From the human T2T-CHM13v2.0 reference genome, Homo sapiens: DNA of 64,000 bases. Shown one piece after another: positions 54,749 through 64,000 of this stretch. The notes below the pieces were generated by a model, which was not told the DNA's origin, ran no database searches, and worked only from the letters and a program-made list of their open reading frames with translations. Every line of letters starts with the position of its first letter. Positions within the stretch are counted from its first letter, which is position 1. The translations under genes were made by a program, and so were the position numbers. The stretch lies in NCBI RefSeq assembly GCF_009914755.1, contig NC_060935.1; one strand, 5' to 3'.

Positions 54749-55169
54749 CTAAGTATCACGGTCAGGCAGTAACTTTGCTGGTGAATAATCAGTTCTTACT
54801 TTTATTCATGATTTGTTCACTAGCCTAAAGTATTTGTCTGAAACTCATTCCACTTTGAGTCCATTTGTAATCCACCGTTAAAGGAAACTGTGTTTTGAAA
54901 AATCAACTACCTTTCTATCTTGATTCTAATGTTACTTTAAAGACTGATGAAGGTGAAATTTAGTATGGGTTCAGAAAAGAGTTAGAAATGCTCTATACAT
55001 GTTATTTGACTTTTTCCTTGTAATTTCTTGGAAAGAAATTACAGATAGTTTACAAATGTGATATGGTTATTGAATGGCCTATAGTCAAGACAATATAAAG
55101 TCACAAACAGTTCACAGTCCTACCTTCAATTAACACATCTTTGTGGCTGTTGCTGAGACAGCAGGTCAG

Positions 55170-56510
<1,341 letters not shown>

Positions 56511-58182
56511 AGAAAAGAATTAAGATTAAGAATAAATAAAAATAAACCTCACCTCACCTTCCTCATCTATATATGGAGGAAGCAAACAAGGAATATAAAT
56601 ATATATCATATATATATATTTCTGCTTCGGAGGGCTATTTGAAGAATTTATACCAAGCTACGGACTCGGGGCAGACACTCAGTGAAGAGAAGCTATCGTT
56701 ACCACTAGGCACTCCTTACACCAGGGAGAAGATTCCACCCAGGGAAGAGGCCCTTCTAACCAGCTCTCTCTTTTTTTAAGGCTGCATTGCCTCAAAATGA
56801 AAGAGATATAACTTCAGACAGAGTAAGAACAAAGTGTAGGCAAAACAATAACGTTCACACGCCCTAGGAGGCCATTCGATGGTGAGACTCTCAAAAGACT
56901 GCCTGCAAAGGGGGCCTATCCAGGCACACCCCACACTCGCCATGCTCTCTTGAGGGTCCCCGGTCAATCAAACACTGTCCTAGGGATTACAGAACGCTAC
57001 AATCTTGTATGCAACTAGTTGACAGTATTTAACAATTGCATGTGGTCTCAGATACTGTTTCAAATATTTACACTTTAAAATAAGGAATTTATTAATAACT
57101 CGGGATCATGTATTTGGTACTTTAGTTTTGAAGTACAATTTCATAGGGTAATTCTTTCAACATTGCTTAATGTGACGCCATGTTACCTTCAAAATAAAAC
57201 TCAAACTCTGAGTGGTACGAAAGGCCCTTCCTGACCTGGCTCCTTCCTGCTCCTGTAGCCTCATCCTTCATCAATCCCTACTTGTGTCAAATGCCTGGCC
57301 ATACTCCAGGAACTCACAGAGCCCAGACCCGGCATTTCCTCTAGCCCCTTCCTTGTTCATGCTCATGGGCTACTCTTGCCCTGGCTTGTTTGCTTAGGAA
57401 AACCTTATCCTCCTTTTGAGATTCAGCTCATATGTCTCTGCCTTTGTAAAGGCTTTCTGAAGATCCTCCTTCCAGTACCTCCCTCATTCCTGAACATCTC
57501 CTGCAGAACCCGTAACCCCACACTGCACTGTCTGCATCATGTAAAGATGACTGTCTACTCCTTAAGATCATGAACTTGTTCATCTTTGAATTCCCAGATC
57601 CTGGCATACAGCAAGCACTAGCTAAATATTTGATGAAGAAATGTAATTTTTAAATACTTTTCCTTTGGTTCAAAATTTCATTGTTTTCAAAATGAAAAAA
57701 TAAAAAAGCGGAGGGGGATTAACAAGAACTTGTGCTGTTAAACACTGGAATTTGAAGTCAAAAGACCTGATTTGAGTCCCATTTGGAGCCATTTATTATT
57801 TTGGCAAATCACAAACTCTTACTGAGTCTTCTTCTTCCTCATTAAAGTAAAATTACAAATGTTTGCCTTATATCACAGACTCAGAATTATTGAGATGATC
57901 AAATGAGATATGCAATGTGAAAGCTTTTTATAATCTTACAGCCTTATATAAATATAAGTTATATTTATTATTGAATGTTTGGTTTAAATTTACGTCTCCT
58001 AATGTGGAAGGTTGCCACCTAAAGGATATATTGCTCTTTTTCATAGTTTTAAATTTAGTGAAACTTTTGGTTGTCTATAAGATTAAGCTTTACCTTTATT
58101 TAAGTTATGGTCATTTTTTTGTAATTATATTTGGTTAGAAACATAGAATTATCTTCTTATAGGATTCTTCAGATGGGTGGTG

Positions 58183-58506
58183 TTTTTGTTTTGTTTTGTT
58201 TTTTTGTTTTTTTTGTTTGTTTTTTTGAGACAGAGTCTCGCTCTGTAGCCCAGGCTGGAGTGCAGTGATGCGATCTCCGCTCACTGCAACTTCCGCTTCC
58301 CTGGTTCAAGCGATTCTCCTGCCTCAGCCTCCTGAGTAGCTGGGATTATAGGCGTCTACCACCACGCCCGGCTAATTTTTCTATTTTTAGTAGAGATGAG
58401 GGTTCACCATGTTGGTCAGGCTGGTCTCGAACTCCTGACCTCATGATCTGCCCGCCTCAGCCTCCCAAAGTGCTTGGATTACAGGTGTGAGCCACCACAC
58501 CCGGCC
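58183..58506 (-). mobile_element. AluS
   Basis: Alu motifs. Confidence 0.85.
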
Positions 58507-59247
58507 TGGTGGTGCTTTTGAGTCCCACCTATCCTATTATACTTGTAAGAATTATTCTTCTACAGAGTAGGAACTCTATAGATGTTCATCGATTGATACA
58601 TTTTCTTATTTTGCCCTCTGCTATTACTACAAGAGCACTTACTTATGACAGCATAATTTCAGTTGAACTTTATGATTTTTTTCAATACGAGCCATTTTTA
58701 AGGCCTCTTTCTTGTGTGCACTGTTCAACACTTAGCTGCTTAAACTACCAATTTGTATGATCTATAGAGTGACACTTCATTAATTTGACATTATTGAAGA
58801 GGGATCCATAAGAAAAAAAAATTTTCCACATAACCAAAGCATGCCCCTTTGAAAACCAGAAATTTAACATAAATTTCTATCATTTTTAAGGATAGTTTTC
58901 AGAATGTACCTGGCATACCTGATAATTCTATGCTGACTTACACAGGTCATATTGCACCGTTCTGTAGTAAAGTAAAAAGCTATGGCAATGTGATCGCTTC
59001 TTTGCCTCTTTGTTAAATGACCCAGACTGCTATGAGCCCGCGGTCATTTTCTGCTGCTGTCTGTATCTGCTCTTAAGGAGCTTATGGCAGAATGGGAAGC
59101 AGACATGTAAACAGTCAATACCAAGTGAAAACTGCTATGCTAGTATCAGATAAGGTCCCCAAGAAACCCGGAAGAAAAGGTGCCTGACTGTCCAGGGAAG
59201 TCAGAGGGGGCCTCACACAAGAGGCAATCATGGAACTCATTCTTTAA

Positions 59248-59578
<331 letters not shown>

Positions 59579-59744
59579 TAAAAAGAAGAAGTTAACAGGT
59601 GGAAGTGGGTAGTTAGGGCACTGCAGGCAAAGGGGGCAGGGGCAATGGCATGAAGTCGTGAAAGAACACTAAGTAGAAAGCTGTCAGTACAGAAAGAACT
59701 TCTATACTGCTGGTCAAGAACTGGTAGTTGGTCAATTAAATCAA

Positions 59745-60090
59745 AGATTTCATGGAGGTAAAAGGCAGAATGATAGTTACCAGAGGCTGGGAAGGGTCTC
59801 GGGGGTAGGGAAGATGAAGAGAGGTTGGTCAGTTGGTAAAAACATACAGTTAGATAGAATGAATAAATTCTAATATTCCATAGCAAAGTTAGGTGACTGT
59901 AGTTAGTAAAAATGTGTTGTATATTTCAAAATAGCTAGCAGAGAGCATTTGAGATGTTCCCAACACAAAGAAATGATAAATACTCGAGGTGATGGATACC
60001 CCACATATCTTGTTCAATACACATTCTGTACATATAACAAAATATCACATATACCCCATAAATATGTACAAACATTATATATTAATACAA
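59745..60090 (+). mobile_element. L1MA-type 3' end
   Basis: gttaccagaggctgggaagg...cacaaagaaatgataaatactcgaggtgatggatacc...accccataaatatgtacaa. Confidence 0.8.
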
Positions 60091-60370
60091 TTTTGTTTTA
60101 AATTGGTTAAAGCAGGTATGAAAAATGATAACTATATACCGTAATTACTTGACTTTCACTTAACGTATATAAATATACACTAATTCACCAGTTTTTTTAC
60201 CAAGGGGCCAAGGTCTTTTCTACCAGTGCAGATTCTATTGGTTAGAGTTTCATTGTTTTTCTTGCATCAGTTTGAGAGCATCTATGATTTGCAGTTTTGA
60301 TTTCTTGATAGCAAAGTACAAACTTAAAAAACCTTAAGAAACAATTTAAGAACATAATTTCTAGGTGTGT

Positions 60371-60692
60371 TTTGGTTTTTTGTTTTTTGTTGTTTGTTTT
60401 TTGTTGTTGTTGTTTGTTTTTGAGATGTAGTCTCCCTCTGTCAACCAGGCTAGAGCGCCGTGGCATGATCTTGGCTCACTGCAGCCTCCACCTCCCAGGT
60501 TCAAGTAATTCTCATGGCTCAGCCACCGAGTAGCTGGGATTACAGGCGCCTGCCATGACGCCCAGCTAAATTTTGTATTTTTAGTAGAGATAGGGTTTCG
60601 CCCGGCTGCTTTCAAACTCCTGGCCTCAAGTGATGCTCCCACGTCAGCCTCCCAAAGTGCTGAGATACAGGCATGAGCTACTGCACCTGGCC
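60371..60692 (-). mobile_element. Alu
   Basis: Alu motifs. Confidence 0.85.
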
Positions 60693-61196
60693 ATAATCGC
60701 TAGGTTTTTGTGAATGCTTCCCCTAATCTTTTATAGTTCCCCCCACCCCCAACATGTTATTTTGCCATTTGCTTTATTGGGTCATTCTAAATCATTTAAC
60801 TAAGTTTTCATGAATATAACAACTCTCTATTCATGCTCAGATTTCTTCAGATTATCTAATCTTTAAATACATTTCCTAATTTTAACAACAGGTACAATAG
60901 GAATAAACAGGTTTGGGAACAAATGGAAAAGACTCTTGGTAAACATACAACTCAACAAGTGGAAGTAGAAGTACCAAGGTGTACTAGAGAGAGCCTAGCA
61001 GCCGTAAGCATTTAGCTATGGCCTCAGGATATCTTCAAGACTAGAAAATGTCACTTCATCCAGTGAGTTAGTTAAGGAGAAGGTGGATAGTGCTGTAGTT
61101 GTATGTGGCTAGATTGTGAGGATGAGAATATGGATATTTAGGTTAGAGAAATTGGCAGACGTCTTTCATGCAGTCCCTTGTATGTCATTTTAAAGC

Positions 61197-61384
61197 AGAA
61201 GCTCTCATATTGTGTTCCTTGGACCAGGAGCATCATCATCACCTGGGAACTTAACACAAGTGGAAATTCTTGGGCCCCATGCCAGACCTCCTGAGTCAGA
61301 AACTCTGGGGTGAGGTCCAGCAATCTGTGTTTTAACAGGCCTTCCAAGTGATTTTGATACATGCTCAAATTTTAAAACCCCTAT
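61197..61384. mobile_element. MER5A
   Basis: atcacctgggaactt...cagaaactctggggtgaggtccagcaatctgtgttttaacagg. Confidence 0.8.
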
Positions 61385-61397
61385 GTTAAAATGTTAG

Positions 61398-63600
<2,203 letters not shown>

Positions 63601-64000
63601 CGTTTCAGTGTCACCCAATTCTCACTGAACATGTATGTGCATGCTAAATACATTATGAGGTAATCTATAGGAATGGAGACTATGGCCAACAGCAGAGACA
63701 AAATATTTCATGTCTTTTGCCTCTAAACAGCTGAATAATACAAACCTTTGGATAATTGAAACAGCTGTGCTAAATATCAGGGTTGCAGCCTCACAATGGC
63801 AGACTGGCAGACAATTTCTATCATTGTGTCTCCACCTCTTTTGCTGGCTGTGTCTAAACACAGGCAGCAGCAGTGCTGGCGTGAGCAGGTGTGAATCGAC
63901 ACACAGCAAGGTATATTAGAAATAGGGTAAAGAAATAAATACTTCAGCTCACTCCTTAGCCAAGTTAATGGAGAAATGCTCACTGAATCCAGTATTATGC

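Overview
Primate (human-like) genomic DNA, Alu/L1/L2/MIR/DNA-transposon rich, recognisable as the CRTAM-JHY (C11orf63) interval (human 11q24.1). Both genes are on the + strand. CRTAM: the last five coding exons (stalk, transmembrane and cytoplasmic tail ending in the PDZ-ligand ESIV) plus the 3' UTR lie at about 6.2-16.4 kb. JHY: a CpG-island promoter with non-coding exon 1 (~26.5-26.7 kb), coding exons 2 and 3 (29.5 kb, 47.7 kb) and a probable MIR-derived alternative terminal exon (48.9 kb); later JHY exons are beyond the window. Most entries in the ORF track are Alu, simple-repeat or GC-rich artefacts. No prokaryotic-type system (CRISPR, rRNA, tRNA, operon) is present. The best leads are gene-architecture features: (1) an 89-nt intron-like segment in the JHY 5' UTR that could switch an Arg-rich uORF into an in-frame N-terminal extension; (2) an intronic CRTAM start codon whose peptide mimics the CRTAM signal peptide (Ig-less isoform); (3) apparently duplicated CRTAM stalk exons; (4) RFX/FOX, CTCF and homeobox-rich candidate regulatory elements in JHY introns. 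Exon numbers, reference protein comparisons and repeat subfamily names are from memory or by-eye comparison. Repeat boundaries are approximate.
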